A stretch of 61,616 bases of DNA, the filler included, from Choristocarpus tenellus KU-1152 (taxonomy: Eukaryota > Protista > Phaeophyceae), in NCBI GenBank assembly GCA_964200185.2. It is 13 parts of 13 records of this genome, joined end to end, with 100 filler letters (N's around TTAATTAATTAA, not from the genome) between each part and the next. Parts side by side here need not be neighbours in the genome. Positions count along the whole stretch, not along the records: positions 21,899 to 27,365 come from CAXNAD020010697.1; positions 27,466 to 38,094 come from CAXNAD020002817.1; positions 38,195 to 40,963 come from CAXNAD020024903.1; 10 more parts are not named here. One strand, written 5' to 3'. Below the pieces are notes generated by a model. The model saw only the letters and a program-made list of their open reading frames with translations, was not told the DNA's origin and did not search any database. This document shows positions 24,499 through 38,312 of this stretch, piece by piece. A program made the position numbers and the translations under genes. Numbering within the stretch: the stretch's first letter is position 1; every line of letters begins with the position of its first letter.

Positions 24499-26379
24499 CT
24501 GTTTTGTTGTGATATCGAGAACAAGATTTCCGCCTGAACTCACATCAGGTTAATTCCCCTTGTTTGTTTGACAGTTGCGGGTATAGACTGCACTGGGTGA
24601 TTAGGACTCTCGTGTCTTAATTGCTTGATCAATGTTTTTGGATCGGTTCAACGGATGGTGCGATGGTGCCCAAACATTTGTCAGGCGTTTGTTGTGGAGA
24701 AATGAAACATAAAACGATGGTCGCTAAGATGGCACTAAAATAGGAAGAGTAGCAAAAAAAAAATGTATCCGACGAAATGAAGGGGCACAATATGCGTCAA
24801 ATATCGCTAAAAAAAAGTTAGATGAAACGGCGAAAAAAATAGAAAGTTCTAGCAGCAGTCAATTCTCCCAGATACCCTCCCCTCAAAAACAGGATCAAGT
24901 CCAGCACCAGAGAAGTCTAAGGTGTATCAACATATCTACTCAAAATTAGAAGTCAGAAAATCATGGGATCAAGCAGTGGTGGAATCCCAAGTCAGACCCC
25001 AAATCAAATCCCAGCCTCTGCCAGTAGTGCCATCTGTGTTAGGTGGCTGGGCCCACTTTCTTGTGGCAAGTTGTGGTTGCGTCAGCCTTCCCAGTACCTT
25101 GGACGTCCGTTAAGTATTCAACTCCATCCTCAATAAAACCAACTACAATCTCTTTTAGTAAACCTCACTTTTAACCTTGGAACAAGTCAAATGTCATCTC
25201 GGAGGCAACATCAGTGGTTTTTGTCTCTAATCCTGCCGTGTTCCACTTAAGTTTCTTATCTAGAAGTTGCCCCTGAAAAAGATAAATGTTACTGGAGAAG
25301 CAAACAATTTCTAAAGCAAGTCGTAACTAAATAGACAATCAGGAGCAGCCTCTGTTTGATTGTAGTAACCTCGATGCTCTCGCATTCTGTTCTCACAAAT
25401 ACACCAACTTGTATGACAATGGATGATAGTTACGTTGCACCGCTAGAGGATTTTGCTGTGCTGGATATGAAGCCGAGTTTGTGGTCTATCCCGAGCATTC
25501 ACGTGATCATATAGGTGTATTGCAGAAACTCGAGTACTTTGGCCTCCCTTGGGCATCCAAATCTTGAGCTCAATCAAGTGCTACACCATCTGCTCGGTGG
25601 TATAATTAACTATCTCTGTTTCATGAAGCGTTCCTATGTGAACCCTATTGGATCTGGTGGTGGGTTTCTGCAGTGACATGTATTGGCACCATTACTAATC
25701 GAGCCTTCAAGATAGACAAACTTGTCAGTCTACTTGTACCTTTTGCCCTGCACCCTAGATCTGTTCTTCCTCGGCTGGTTATATGGGGGACAGGAGGGAC
25801 ATGGGCCCTGTCTTCTTCTCCAATGGGCATAATAATGTTCGTCTTGACCAAGCTCTCCTTAGTCCATGACCAAATACCCTCATCGTTGGCATAAGGCATG
25901 TACCATTTGTAGTAGCTACCGAGACATTTCCTTGCTTCCTATCCCGAATGACCTGGGATTTTGTGTCCACTCTCCTGATGTAGACAGCCCTCTTCAGGAA
26001 GACCACCTTCAAGTCTCAATCACCAGGGTATGCGCTATAGTAAGGAGTTGAACAATAATGAGGCAATGAGACACACTTGGGAGAACACCTTGTTCAATGG
26101 CAAGGCAATTCGGAGTTGAAGTAAACGAGAGGTACTCAGGTTTTCGTCTCTTGGTACTATTCACTGTTATTTCTATGGATGAAGTGCTAGGATCGACTTG
26201 ATAGCATTGATTTTTCTATTGTTTGAAAAAATTGGACAGAGTGAAGAAAATTCGCATACACATTTGTACAAAAAAAAAGCACAATTTTTGTCAGCGTCCT
26301 TAGAATGTAACCCTGGGTACCTCTCGTTTACTTTGACTCTCGAGCACTCCCCATCATCTATCTACTCACAATCCCGATG

Positions 26380-27300
26380 AGCAAATGAAGAACAATCTAA
26401 ATCATCTTGTCGGGCACACCAAATTCGGCCTGTCCTGTCTGTCCAACCAAACAAAGGAGGTCATGGTCAGTAGATTCATGCAACATGTCTTCTGCAGGTC
26501 AATGAAACACATGAAATATACAAGCATACACAAGGGGACTTTCTTCACTCGACCAAGATCTTACACGATGTGTCTCAAATGATGGAGTGAGAGTAGGCCC
26601 TTCCTTAACCAGGAGAACAGGTGAAGGCCATGGGGTCTATCTATGCTCTTGTGCAAGTTTGAGCATATGCTCCCTGATGGGATATGTGTAAAGGTGTTTA
26701 GCTTTGAGAGCTGTGGCTGCTGCAATCTGTACCAACAAATGATTTTCTACAGAGGAAGAGAGTTTCTTTTTCTGAACTTCGTTGATAGCACACTGCTGCC
26801 CCAGAGTATACCAGGAGACGATGGTGACAAGTCGCAACCTACTCTGGCAATAAGAGAACCAATGTTAAGTTCTAAGGAGCTATGTTGGCAAATGGCTTTA
26901 TGACGAACCTTATTGAGCCTGATGGTGGGTTGTAGGCATGAAAGGTACCTCATTGGGCGAAGCCAGTTAAACCCGTGGTTGAGGGATGTCCTGCCTTGTA
27001 CTAGCACGCCTATGGCTACAGTTTATGCCTCATTGTCCCGCGTAAGGAGGGGCTTGAGACAGCAATAGCAGTTTTGTCTCAGTTACAGGAGAAAGAAAAC
27101 ATGACCACGAGTTTGTTTAGGATCGCCCGTGAGTGGGGTTCGAGGAAAAATTGTAATAATTTTGGTTTCCTTGACCACAAGAACCTCATGCTGCACTTGT
27201 AAGCCACCAGTAAGCTTTACGAAGTAAGTGCTGTTCGATTAGACTCTTCCAACTCTATCGGACACTTACGTCGACAGTTACAGAGTAACGGAACAATCAA
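26380..27300 (+). pseudogene. PIF/Harbinger (DDE_Tnp_4-like) transposase remnant
   Basis: NFVDSTLLP, GCRHE and ENMTTSLFRIAREWG...NFGFLDHK...KLYEV match the HARBI1-type GFVDGT, G.RHD and N..MS..R..VEW.F motifs. Confidence 0.6.
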
Positions 27301-27465
27301 TTAGTGGTTGAGTTATCAGAACCTTTTACTAGTGATTACTTGAAGGAGAATCTTTCTCATATAAANNNNNNNNNNNNNNNNNNNNNNNNNNNNNNNNNNN
27401 NNNNNNNNNTTAATTAATTAANNNNNNNNNNNNNNNNNNNNNNNNNNNNNNNNNNNNNNNNNNNN

Positions 27466-27632
27466 GGGGGGGGGGGGGGGGGTACACCAGGGTGTCCATT
27501 TGGGTCAAAATCAGGAAAAATGAATTTACATTATCCGTCCAACGTATGCAACCAAATCACCCAAAAATCGCGACATGAAAAAATTGACCCCAAATGGACA
27601 GCTGCCACCCCCCCCCCCAGATACTTTGAGCC
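27466..27632 (+). mobile_element. MITE family B copy (left end lost at contig break)
   Basis: G-run, TACACCAGGGTGTCCATTTGGG...CCAGATACTTTGAGCC. Confidence 0.9.
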
Positions 27633-28641
27633 TGTTGTGAACCTGACCCTGCTTGGTCATCTCTCACCCCAATAGTGAGACCTCTTAGATACTATTGCCT
27701 CTACAGTCTGAGATACGTTAAGCGTGAAGGCCTCAATACCACAAAATGGTGCTGCAGTCCGTCTCAGTGACAGATGTGTGTATATTTCCCTGTGAGGTAG
27801 TGTTTTTTAGAAAGGCATTCAGATGTAGGCATTCAGATGTTTTTCTCTCCCTCTACTACTCTCTGATAGAGAAGAGTAAAAATACCTAATTTTCGAATAC
27901 CTCCAAACAAACATCTATCCAGGAGTGAAACATTGACCGTTTACTGAGGTTGCTGACATTGTACAAAAAATTAGTTGTGAACATTTTGCAGCTAGGATGG
28001 ATATTTGGGTTGATGGGAAATTCACGTGGTGGTAATAACATCTGCGACTCAGAAGGTACATCTACAACTACTGTGTACCTACCTACAGTGAGAGATTGCC
28101 TGGAAAATCTTACGTGACACTCCACTGTCCAATTCAGGTGAAGTTGTATGTTGTGCAATGTAGCCCTAGATGTATATAGCACGACCAAAGGGAGGACTGG
28201 ATGCAGCCAGGAAATATTATAATGCAGAGATGGAGAGTTTTGTCCGGAGAAAAGGAAGTATGAAAAATCACAACTACTGTGGAAGGACTCGGGTAGTTCT
28301 GCCGTCATTCGTCATTGTTATAATGCTTTAACCGAAACTGCTTTGACTATTTACGAAGAAGCATGATAAGGAGTCATTCTTTCAGCTACCTCTACCTTTC
28401 CAACTACTCCAGCACACTATGTAGTATTCAATACCCAGGAACAGAGTGTGAATATGTATGTCATAGAGGTGCGCCAAAAAGCTTGGAATCCTTCAAGAGA
28501 AGAGTTTTTTGAAGGAAATACATTACTGTACATTACGTATATACTGTGGAGTATGAGAGCACCAGTGCTCTGTAACTTCCGTTGCTTGGGAAATAGTCGA
28601 GCCCAATTCCTCTGCAATGTCCATTATCTGGAAAATACTTC

Positions 28642-29100
28642 TGTCACAGGCGAATAGCGCAAGTATTTCTTCCCGTGCTTTAACCGGCGCGAGCAGTGTA
28701 CGCGCGTGGGGAACCCCAAAAGGGGGAACTCCGATTTGCCAAAACGTTGCAGAATAAAATCTGTAACTCAGGAAAGTCGTAAAGGGTCCCAGATGGAAAG
28801 GTCGCAAAGGTTCTCAGATATATTCCAATGTCTGTAAACCAGAAGAAGCCCCAACGGTAAATTATGATAAGAGATCCTAAAAACGGCTCCAAACGGCTCA
28901 GTTCTTCTGACCTGCAGGACCCACCTATTCAGTTCGTTCTTTATGTCTCTCTTAACTGATATCGATACACATACCTTCCTCGTGCTACTTGATTCACCTG
29001 AGAGTACTACTGTTCTGCTTTTCTGACGTGCGTTAATAATCTGTGAATTGGATTTGAGTTTTACATCCTGTGGAGGTGAGCTCTGAGGGGCACCTAACAC
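28642..29100 (-). mobile_element. Internal fragment of the pogo-like element seen at 14582-15020
   Basis: tgtcacaggcgaatagcgc...gaaccccaaaagggggaactccgatttgcc is near-identical between the two copies. Confidence 0.85.
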
Positions 29101-30089
29101 TTCATGTACAACACCAAAACGTTGTGTTATCCGAATGATGTTATGATATGACCTAATATGTGTGAAAAAAATTAAAACCTTGGACAACATAACGCTCAGT
29201 ATCAAATCGCTTCAGAAAATGTACTCCTCTATCTGATATGTCTGTATCGTTATGGATTTTTGTGAGTAACTTTTTAACATGTGAGATTCAGAAAGAACAA
29301 ATAGTATAGTTCAAAAGCCAACAACTTTAACTTGCACATAGATATCTTCAAAATATTCTACCATTTGAATTGGTTGAGAAACCATCCCCTGAACACAAAC
29401 GTTTTTTTCCGAAACGGCAGATTTATCAAAATCAGCAAAACGGTCAAAAGTGGGTGGAAATGATGAAAAAATCATTGCTTTTGTAGGCTGTATCCTCACA
29501 TGTACGTAGAAATTCCGAGCAAACAATAGCGTAGACGAAGGTTCTGAATCAACTCAATCTCGCAAAACAATTGGTCAGAATAGTGAGTTCTGAGTTGGTT
29601 TGGAACAGAATCCGAGAAGTAGAAAAGTCCGCACAACCTTTCGGCACAAATTTGGGTGATGCCACTACGCGGCAAGTACCATTACCCACATTGCCTTCCC
29701 AACTAGTCCATCATCGATCCTGAACTCACCATTTCAGGACAAAAAGGTCCGAACTGAGTGGGGAAGGCCAGATTGCGTAGGCCCTCCATTGCACTTTAGC
29801 ACTCCCTCCCGCAAAACGACGGCTTCCGAAAGGGGTTGGACCCAAGTTACCAGATGAATTTGGAGTGAGCAACAGGTACCCAAGAAAATTGTGGGTGCCC
29901 GTTCCTGACCAACTCAAGATCGGGAACACCGCTTTCCTGAATCAGCATCAACAACCAGCATACCATCCGACTTAATGACAATGAAACAAGAGAAAATTCA
30001 ACGTGTTAATGATGAAAACCTGACCCTGACTCTGGAGCAGCTCGCAGCCAAGCTAGCTGAAGTTGGTCTCAAAGCAAGCAGCTCAAAGC

Positions 30090-30348
30090 GAGTGAAAGTA
30101 TCTTAGAGGGTAAGAGTTTTTCCCTCTTTGTCCATTTGGGGCTTGGCTTCCTACGGTTTATTAATGACATTATACCTACTCCAAAATGTTTCGGAGTAGG
30201 TATAATATTTACGTTATGAAAAGGTGTGTCCGGAACAAGGATGTTGACATCTCCTAACAAATATGATAGCCAAAATTACATCAAAATCGCAACATTGGAT
30301 TTTGGGCCCCAAATGGACGCGGCTATACCCTCTAAGATACTTAGACTC
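30090..30348 (+). mobile_element. MITE family A copy nested in the mariner transposase
   Basis: TIRs present; flanks AAGC/AAAC. Confidence 0.92.
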
Positions 30349-31579
30349 AAACTTAAGTGCTGGCTCAAAGTGATTGGAGTAAAAAGGGTAAAACAGTGCA
30401 GTACCCCGATACTTCATTCTCACACAAGACAAAACTGGGTGGAATTCATCCTCGACCGAGCTTCCAAGAACTGCAACATGTTGGTGAGTGAGTGCAAGAC
30501 GATTCATGTCGACGAAGCATGGATCTACCTCATCCCTGACTGGGAGTTGGTCCGCATGTTCCCCGGGGAGGAACGGTTAGACTCCATCTAGGTGCAACAA
30601 AAGAGCCACATACCTACAGTGATCTTCATCTGTGCCCTTTCGCACCCAGGTCATGATATGGTGTGTTTGTGTCAAGTAGGCACAGCAGAGCACCGCCCAC
30701 CAAGCCAGGGGTGACAAGTACGAGATCAATGTCACCATTGATAGCGACTGTTTTCCAGGAGTGGTACTTGGAGACTCTCCTCCCAACAATCAAGGACAAG
30801 ATGCCATGGTTGGAGGATGAGGTCGTTGTTCAGTAGGATGGCATGAGTCCGTACATGGGTAAAGGCACGGTGTGGAAACTGAACCAAGTAGAAAGGGAGG
30901 GCGGATGGACCATGAAGCTCGTAACATAGCCTGTGCAGTCACTCAATCTCAACGTCAACGATCCAGGGTTCTTCAATTCGCTCAAGAGTTGAGTGTAGAG
31001 GGAGCGCTACCGTACCATAGACAAACTTGAGGGGGAGGTTAAAGAAATGTATGACATGTATGACACAGGAACTCTAGAGCTGATGTAGCAGAGTCTCTTC
31101 AAGAGGTACAAATCAAGCGTCGAAAGCGGGGGAACGATGTCAATGTTGTGCATACCGGGAGCAGGAAACGGCAGCGTGAGGGCATTCTGGATCACTACAA
31201 CTACTATTGACAGAGATGCATACAACGCGACCACAACTTGGTGGATTGAGGGAGAGAATGAGAGCGACGAGAAATTACTTTAATGCAAAAACGCCAAGGA
31301 AGCCAAAGCAACTAACCGCGTCTTCATCAGAAGTCTTATTAAAATGTTACGGCCAATTAAACATAATTTCTAGCCATTTTTGATCACTTTGCTGTTTTGC
31401 TAAATTTGCCATTTCCTAAAAAAAATGTTTGTGTTCAGGGGGTGGTTTCTCACCCATTTCGAAATGAATATTTTAAAGATACCTATGTGCAAGCCGAAGT
31501 TGCCAGCTTCAAACGATAATATTTGTTGTTTCTGTATCTTACGTTTGAAAAAGTTATTTTTTCAAGAAACCATAGGAAT

Positions 31580-31818
31580 GAGGCAAAGTCTCTTAGAGGG
31601 TAGATCCGCGTCCGTTTGGGGGCAAATTCCAATGCTCTGATTTTGATGTAATTTTGGCCATCGTGTTTGTTAGGAAGTGTCAATATCCTTGTTTTGGATA
31701 CACCTTTTGATAACGTATACTGTTGACCTACGTCAAAATAGGAAACTTGCATATAAAAGCTGTGGGAAGCCAAGCCCCAAACAGGGCAAAACTCAAACCC
31801 TCTAAGATACTTTCACTC
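31580..31818 (-). mobile_element. MITE family A copy nested in the mariner right TIR
   Basis: Reverse orientation; flanks GAAT/CAAT. Confidence 0.88.
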
Positions 31819-32771
31819 CAATACACTTATGGAATAGAGTAGTAGTATTTTCATATTATACGCCCATATTTCTGAGAGATGAGAACATGTGAAAACAAAG
31901 GCTAATCCTTTGATTTGTCTTATAAGATACAGCATCGTCAGTTCATACTGAACGTTGATTATTTGTACAATGTACTGGTCGTTGTCTCCAATTACTTCAT
32001 TAACCCATCACAACATCATCAATTACCATTAGAACACCGTATATAGGAAGAAGCATCAGAGGAGTTGCTACCTATCATACATGCAGGCAAAATATGTGCC
32101 TCATCAATTCCCTCATATATTGATTAAAGTTTATGGGTTTATTACTTTTCTTGACTGGCAGTGCCCCCTCATAAGACATCAAACACACTAACTGTACCTG
32201 ATACACACCAGCACGCAATATACTCAGTTAAAAAATCCTCAGAAATCGTTCTCGTCCAAGGTGATAAGCCTCTTCACAGAGCATGCATTTCTTCATTTGA
32301 GCGCCTCAACTAATGACACCACTTTCACATCAACCATTATCTTATTGAGCAAAACATGTCATCAGATCTAACAGACCAAGTTCACCACTGCTTTACTGCA
32401 CTTTTGATACCTCTTCACTACAAGCTAGCCACAACACAAGCAAGCACGATTCATTCAAAGTAAGGTTTTCACAGAACACGCATCCAAAACACTATGTAGA
32501 GTCCGTAACAATCCAGTCCACAAAAAAACACTTTATTATGGTCTAAGTAACGCTTCAGTTCAAAATCACAGTTGCCATTTCTATGTCATGTATTGTCGCT
32601 ATAGAAGTGTATGTAAGTAAATGTTGTCCAACGTCTGCAATAGTGTTTTGCACATTGGTTGGACTAAGAGGGGGGAGAGAATTACATATATCTACAAGTT
32701 CGCGTCTAGCAATAGCAACTGAAATAGTCAATCGACAACATAAGCTAAAAGTACCTTAATGGTTAGGGTTA

Positions 32772-33021
32772 AGGGTACAAGTTTTGCCCTGTTTGTCCAT
32801 TTGGGGCTTGGCTTCCCACCGGGTTTTCAAGACATTTTCATTTTCCGAAATATTTCGGAATTGGTAAAATGTGTACGTTTTGGAGGTTTCATGTATGAAA
32901 CTATGAAAAGGTGTGTCTGGAACAAGGACATTGACACTTCCTCACAAACACGATAGCCATAATTACATCAAAATTGGAATATTGGATTTTGGTCCCCAAA
33001 TGGACGCAGCTGCATCCTCTA
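32772..33021 (+). mobile_element. MITE family A copy lacking both outer termini
   Basis: Internal sequence matches family A; preceded by GGTTAGGGTTA. Confidence 0.85.
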
Positions 33022-34335
33022 CATTACTTTTCCTCCGGTAAAATTTGACTGTCATTATAGTACAGGAGACGAAACATACATAAGAACATAATGTAGTGTT
33101 GGTTATGTTTGCCACAGTAAAAAAAAACGTGTACAAAACTTGTATCATGCCTGTAAAACATATATTTTATCACAACATACTGTAAATTGTTAGTATGTGA
33201 GTAGTATATTCAACGAAATGTAAACGAAAGACCTCAACATAGTGTTAAAAAAATGTACTACCGTAGTGGAAGGTGTAAAAAATTAATACTGTATATCATT
33301 GTGCTTGTCAAGGAGAGAAAGGCCACAATGCTTAGCAAAGGTGGTGCAAGTTGAATAGAGGTTGAGGGTGAGAGACTTGTTTGGAGGACACCTTGATCAA
33401 CCATGGCTCACAGTAGACTCCACACCACTGCAAGAGGTGAGATGAGGAAAATATCTGTTGCCCTTAGAGAGTACTGGTGGACAGAGGTGTAGTATTTGAA
33501 AAAAAAAAATCCCAAATATGTTCACTTTGGTTGGGATTTATGCGCGAGTGAATACTACTACAACCCAATCTTGCAGTGCACCACAGACCCAGACAAGCAT
33601 CTAAATAATTAGTGGTGCTCCTCCCTCCATCATATCTCCCGGTTCAACCAACTCAGAGACTCGTCACAATCTGTCATGCTTGGTAGCTCCCGCCCTTGCA
33701 CCTTCACAGGCAACAAGAAAAGAAAAATAAGGTGAGCCTGTAGCAATAGCCTTCTCATCTGTGTAGAGGGCATACAGAGTCATGTCCACAACAGACCCAG
33801 ACAGAGACCTTGGTTCAAACAGGAACATTTTTCAGCCAAACCAACGCAAAATGCCAATACTCTCCACACTACCCTGTGATTATGACTACCGCAACTCATC
33901 GTGTCAAACCACACTCTGTAGAAATATTCTAAAAGGACAATCCGTTTAAAACAGTACTTGATACAGACAGCTCACTACCATGCTCACTCTAACCCATATA
34001 GATATGGTTCTTTCCATGATAGAGAAGAGTTCTTCTACCAGGTATAGTACCCTTTACTTGTCAGGGACAACAAACAAACACACACGGTGAAGGAGAAGCA
34101 TGGTAACTACCACCATACATGACAGACTACAGGGAGAGAGTTGGCAATAATGCAAAAAAAAAAACACTTCTTAAATTACCTCTCTGTTGAGTTAGGAAGG
34201 AGTGAAAATCAAATACAAACGAATGGTACCCTTCTCTGAATACAACACTCCTCAACCTATCCCTTAAAAACCTCAGTATTTCACCTGGTAGCGTCATTCG
34301 AATGAAAACGTGCTTCACTTCACTTTCAACTCTTT

Positions 34336-34361
34336 CCTAACCCTAACCCTAACCCTAACCC
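34336..34361. repeat. Interstitial telomere-like (CCCTAA)n
   Basis: cctaaccctaaccctaaccctaaccc; a further aaccctaaccct near 34451. Confidence 0.7.
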
Positions 34362-37300
34362 CTACCTACCTAATGGATGAAGAGAGTTCACCTTGCTATG
34401 CTCCTACCATCTTGTGGATAAAACCACCAGCCACAACCAGAAAAAAACTAAACCCTAACCCTAGCATAACATCAGGAGATACCACTGAAGAGATCTATTC
34501 ATAGTATCTGGATGATTTGGTAAATGTGATTTCTACAAACACGTGGTACATTGTCTATTATTGATGGTGTAGCTCAATCTTGCAGAACACATTGCAGACA
34601 TAGACAAACCTCCAGATTAAATGGCGCATATCCATGTGTCATACCTACCTGTCTGGCCCTCACCTGATCTTCAAAATTCAGGGAGGCGCCTTGCAAATTA
34701 TCAACAAAACACTTTGAAGTGGCATCCCTGACCCCTCCCTGACCCTACCCTGCACAAGCAACGAGCCATTAATGCAAGGCTATAACAATGGCCTTCTAAC
34801 CTGTGCTGAGTACAGACGAACAGGGCCAGCTCCACAGCAGGAGCAATACAAGGATATTTTAATTCAAATAGGATTATTTTTCAGCCTAACTGGTTCAAAC
34901 CTTCATCATACACTTTTTTCAGATTGTCAATATCTTTCTATTAAGTAAATGACTGTAATAAACAAGTCAAAACTCAAAAGCTCACACAGGGAAGATCCAT
35001 GCAAACCTAGCTCTGCATCAACAAATTGATCAATGTGACACCAATACCTGTATGTATATATTTGGGTGTGAAGTCCAAACAATACCCTTATTATGCACCA
35101 CAAAATAGGTCAGAAATCGTCAGGGTGTTGATCCGTTACACCCTCAAATAAATGGCTCTATTACTGCCCAATTGAGAGACCCAAAACTCAAGTTCGAAAT
35201 TCAAAACGATATATAATAGAGTTTCTAGACTCAATTATTCCACCAATATTTCAAACTTCTCAAGTGTCTTGCAGATGGTTGGAGTGTCAGTTAACCCCCA
35301 ACGTCATTATACATCAACGAAATGCTCCATTGACGTCAAATCATCTATAGATGGAGAACAATCTGCACAATTCTGTGCTGGCCCTTCAGCTGGCTTGTCC
35401 AGTGTAACCCTAGCAAGGAAGGGCGTCAATGGGAATAGTCAGGGGGGAAGAGTGGGAAATGTTAGCTGCCCAACCTCATCTTACTAGGAGATATACAGTC
35501 AGTTTCAGCTGTTACCTAACCTGCTCTGTCTGGACGATAAGCCAGGGGATTCCTCAACAAGAATGGTAATGATTGAAATTGTAAGCATTGACATACAAGA
35601 GGTCAAAACAAATCTACAACCTATTGGGGGATGTGGAAGGGTGGAGGTTTGGGTTTCCTACTACTAGTAGTATGTCACAACATGGAGGCAGACAAACGTT
35701 CCTCCCTAACTACAGTGCACCGGCACGGTAACCGCAACCAACGCCTTCATCCATCCTCAACCACTCCAGAAACACATCAAACTGTGAATCTTATTAGATT
35801 GAATCTCACTATGACACACTGCTCTTGGGATGACATGAGCATTTTGGGGGAATCTAACTGGTATTTTACCACAATTAAATACAACTTCAACACACCTTCC
35901 TCTAAAGTCAGGACTGGCAACCACATTCAAACCTCAGAGCCTTATGAGAACAAATCTGGTGATTCTGCAGCAAGAAAAATACCATGTACATTTCCATTTC
36001 CCTCAATCACCATTCCAAAGGAGTTCTCCATATCAACATGTCTTAATGGCAAAGGGCCCGTGCTTTGGGCTGGCGAATTCCAGCGTGTGTTCAGATTGGG
36101 TGCAAGGCCCTCAAATCCTAAGATTTGTTTGTTCCATGTCCACCCCGCACCTGCCAACTTTGATGGTTTGGTTGATGTAGCAGCCCAGCCACATGCTTCA
36201 TGGTTAGGTGCCAAGTTTGGTGATGGATTGCATCACAGTGTCAAGGTCTCAAAACCCTTGGAGCATAAAATCCACTATATCTCAGTTTCAAATTTTCAAT
36301 CGTGAACTGTTGCAGAAAGTAGCTCAAGAGTTCCGAGCAGAGCTAAAATCCCCCACCCATAACTTGGGAAGGGCTTACTAAACTAAACAATCCAAACCTG
36401 ACACTTGACAACATTTTACTCCTTGTTTTGTGTCACAATCAAGTTCTGATGACAGGTCAAAAGAATGTAACAAGCATTAGCTCTGTTGTATCCTATCCAG
36501 TTGTGGACAAACCTTTGACATGCTGACACTCAACAGGCTCAGAAATGAAAGACATAAACAACCAACACCCCAACCAGATCTTTGGAGCGCTCCTGCGGGA
36601 TATGATCCGGTAGTTAAACCCTCGAACGGCCAAGACCTCTAAAGATGATGTACTTCAATAATTAATGCCTCAACCACATCTATCTAATAACCATTTTGTG
36701 TCCCTAACATGCCTGCAACAGTTCCCCACTCAAAATGGTCGAATAATATGCATGCATTGCCCCAATAACAATAACAATATGTTCATACAATGACATAAAT
36801 ACAAAAATAAACACTTTTCTAAGCTGATAGCATTGGTGGGTGAAACGTTTCTTGCACCTTGAATGCGCTGCACAAAATTAAACTCATCCTTGGCATACCT
36901 CCGAAATCCAACAGTATTACACTAAACAACCTTGTACTTTACAACTTCATCTCGTCAAGTGATGATTTCTGCAAAAATTAACGAGGATCCAGTCTCAAAC
37001 ATCGTGTCGATACTTCAATATTCTAGTTATTAGCTATCATTACACAAGCTCACCCCGCCCTCTGTTCTACATATCTTAGAGTCATACCAGATGGTGCTAG
37101 GAGTAGACCACTGGAGGTACATACTTGATCCAATTAAAACTATACTTTGGGAACAAAACACCGCCTGTTCAAGCAAGTGGCGGTACCCTCCCTTGGTGTT
37201 GACAAGATGCCTTCAGACAACATCATCACATCATGAATGCCTTTGGAGCAAGGTTGGGTCGGGATAGTGGAGAGATAACATGTTTCTGCAAGCATACCTT

Positions 37301-38312
37301 GCATCCCAGCGCAATACAAATTTTCTCCTATATACTCATCGCCATTCCACCACCCTCCAGTCAAAATGCTGCAAACACTTTTTCCACGGATGCGACAGTT
37401 GCTTGCAGTAAAAAAAAAAATTTAACTTCACTGCACCAGTCAGTGTGTGATGCGACACTGAAAACAGAATGACCCTGTGAAATCAAAGTTGTTTTTCAAC
37501 GACAAAAAAATGTTCCAAGACACCCATGATGAAAAAAGCCCATCATCAAAAACAGTCAACTACAACCTCCACAAAAAAACGCCCATGGTCAGTACTTCTG
37601 GAACTGTTCGGAAGGAATTAGATCTAGATGGTGTAAATCGCGAACCCTTCTACCACCGAGATCAAATTTCCCTTCCGTCTTTTGTCACGGGTCACATGTT
37701 GCAAGCAGATCAAATGCGCGATATCCTTCAGAAGCACAGACCAGAGCTGTAGCAGGCACTCCGCCCACTCCATCAAAAAGGGTTTTTTCGAAATGACCGA
37801 CAGCGTTACAAGGATGTAATGAAAAAAATCTTCAGTAAAAAGTCCCTGGCGAACACACACAGGTGAACATTTAGTGACCAGGTGAAGGTTTCTTACTGTT
37901 CAATATCGGACACCTATGTTTTCATTCAATCACGAGGAACTTGATAGTTGCGGTGATAACATTGTTGAACTTTCACTAAAACCAGGGTCAGTTCCTGTGA
38001 ATTGACCGCCATATCGAACCGCATCAAAGGTACAAGAAACGCTTTCAGGACCGCCCGCCTCACACACACAAAGGGGTCAAAGTATCAGGGGGGGNNNNNN
38101 NNNNNNNNNNNNNNNNNNNNNNNNNNNNNNNNNNNNNNTTAATTAATTAANNNNNNNNNNNNNNNNNNNNNNNNNNNNNNNNNNNNNNNNNNNNCCCCCC
38201 CTCCCAGATACTTTGGGTCACAATTTGGCTTGACTTAACGCCATCATATGGGTCGACTAAATGAACGTGTGCTGAAGATGTTGTACAAAATTGTGCCAAC
38301 ATCTGGTCACAG

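Larger units (their letters stand above)
29224..31842 (+). mobile_element. Full-length decayed mariner element with ~240-bp TIRs and TA TSD; transposase pseudogene ~29700-31280
   Basis: TA|CTCCTCTATC...ATAGAGTAG|TA; 29224-29465 is inverted at 31362-31842; peptides IHVDEAWIYL, QKSHIPTVIFICAL, KMPW and LNVNDPGFFNSLKS. Confidence 0.85.

Noticed and set aside
24087-24524. Recurrent ORFs with LEGRA...PDTPFH or GSQAPNGQTG peptides as a protein family
   Set aside because: They are chance translations of MITE family A; frames differ between copies.
35631-36305. 224-aa ORF as a gene
   Set aside because: No recognisable motif and no consistent splice model on either strand; left uncalled.
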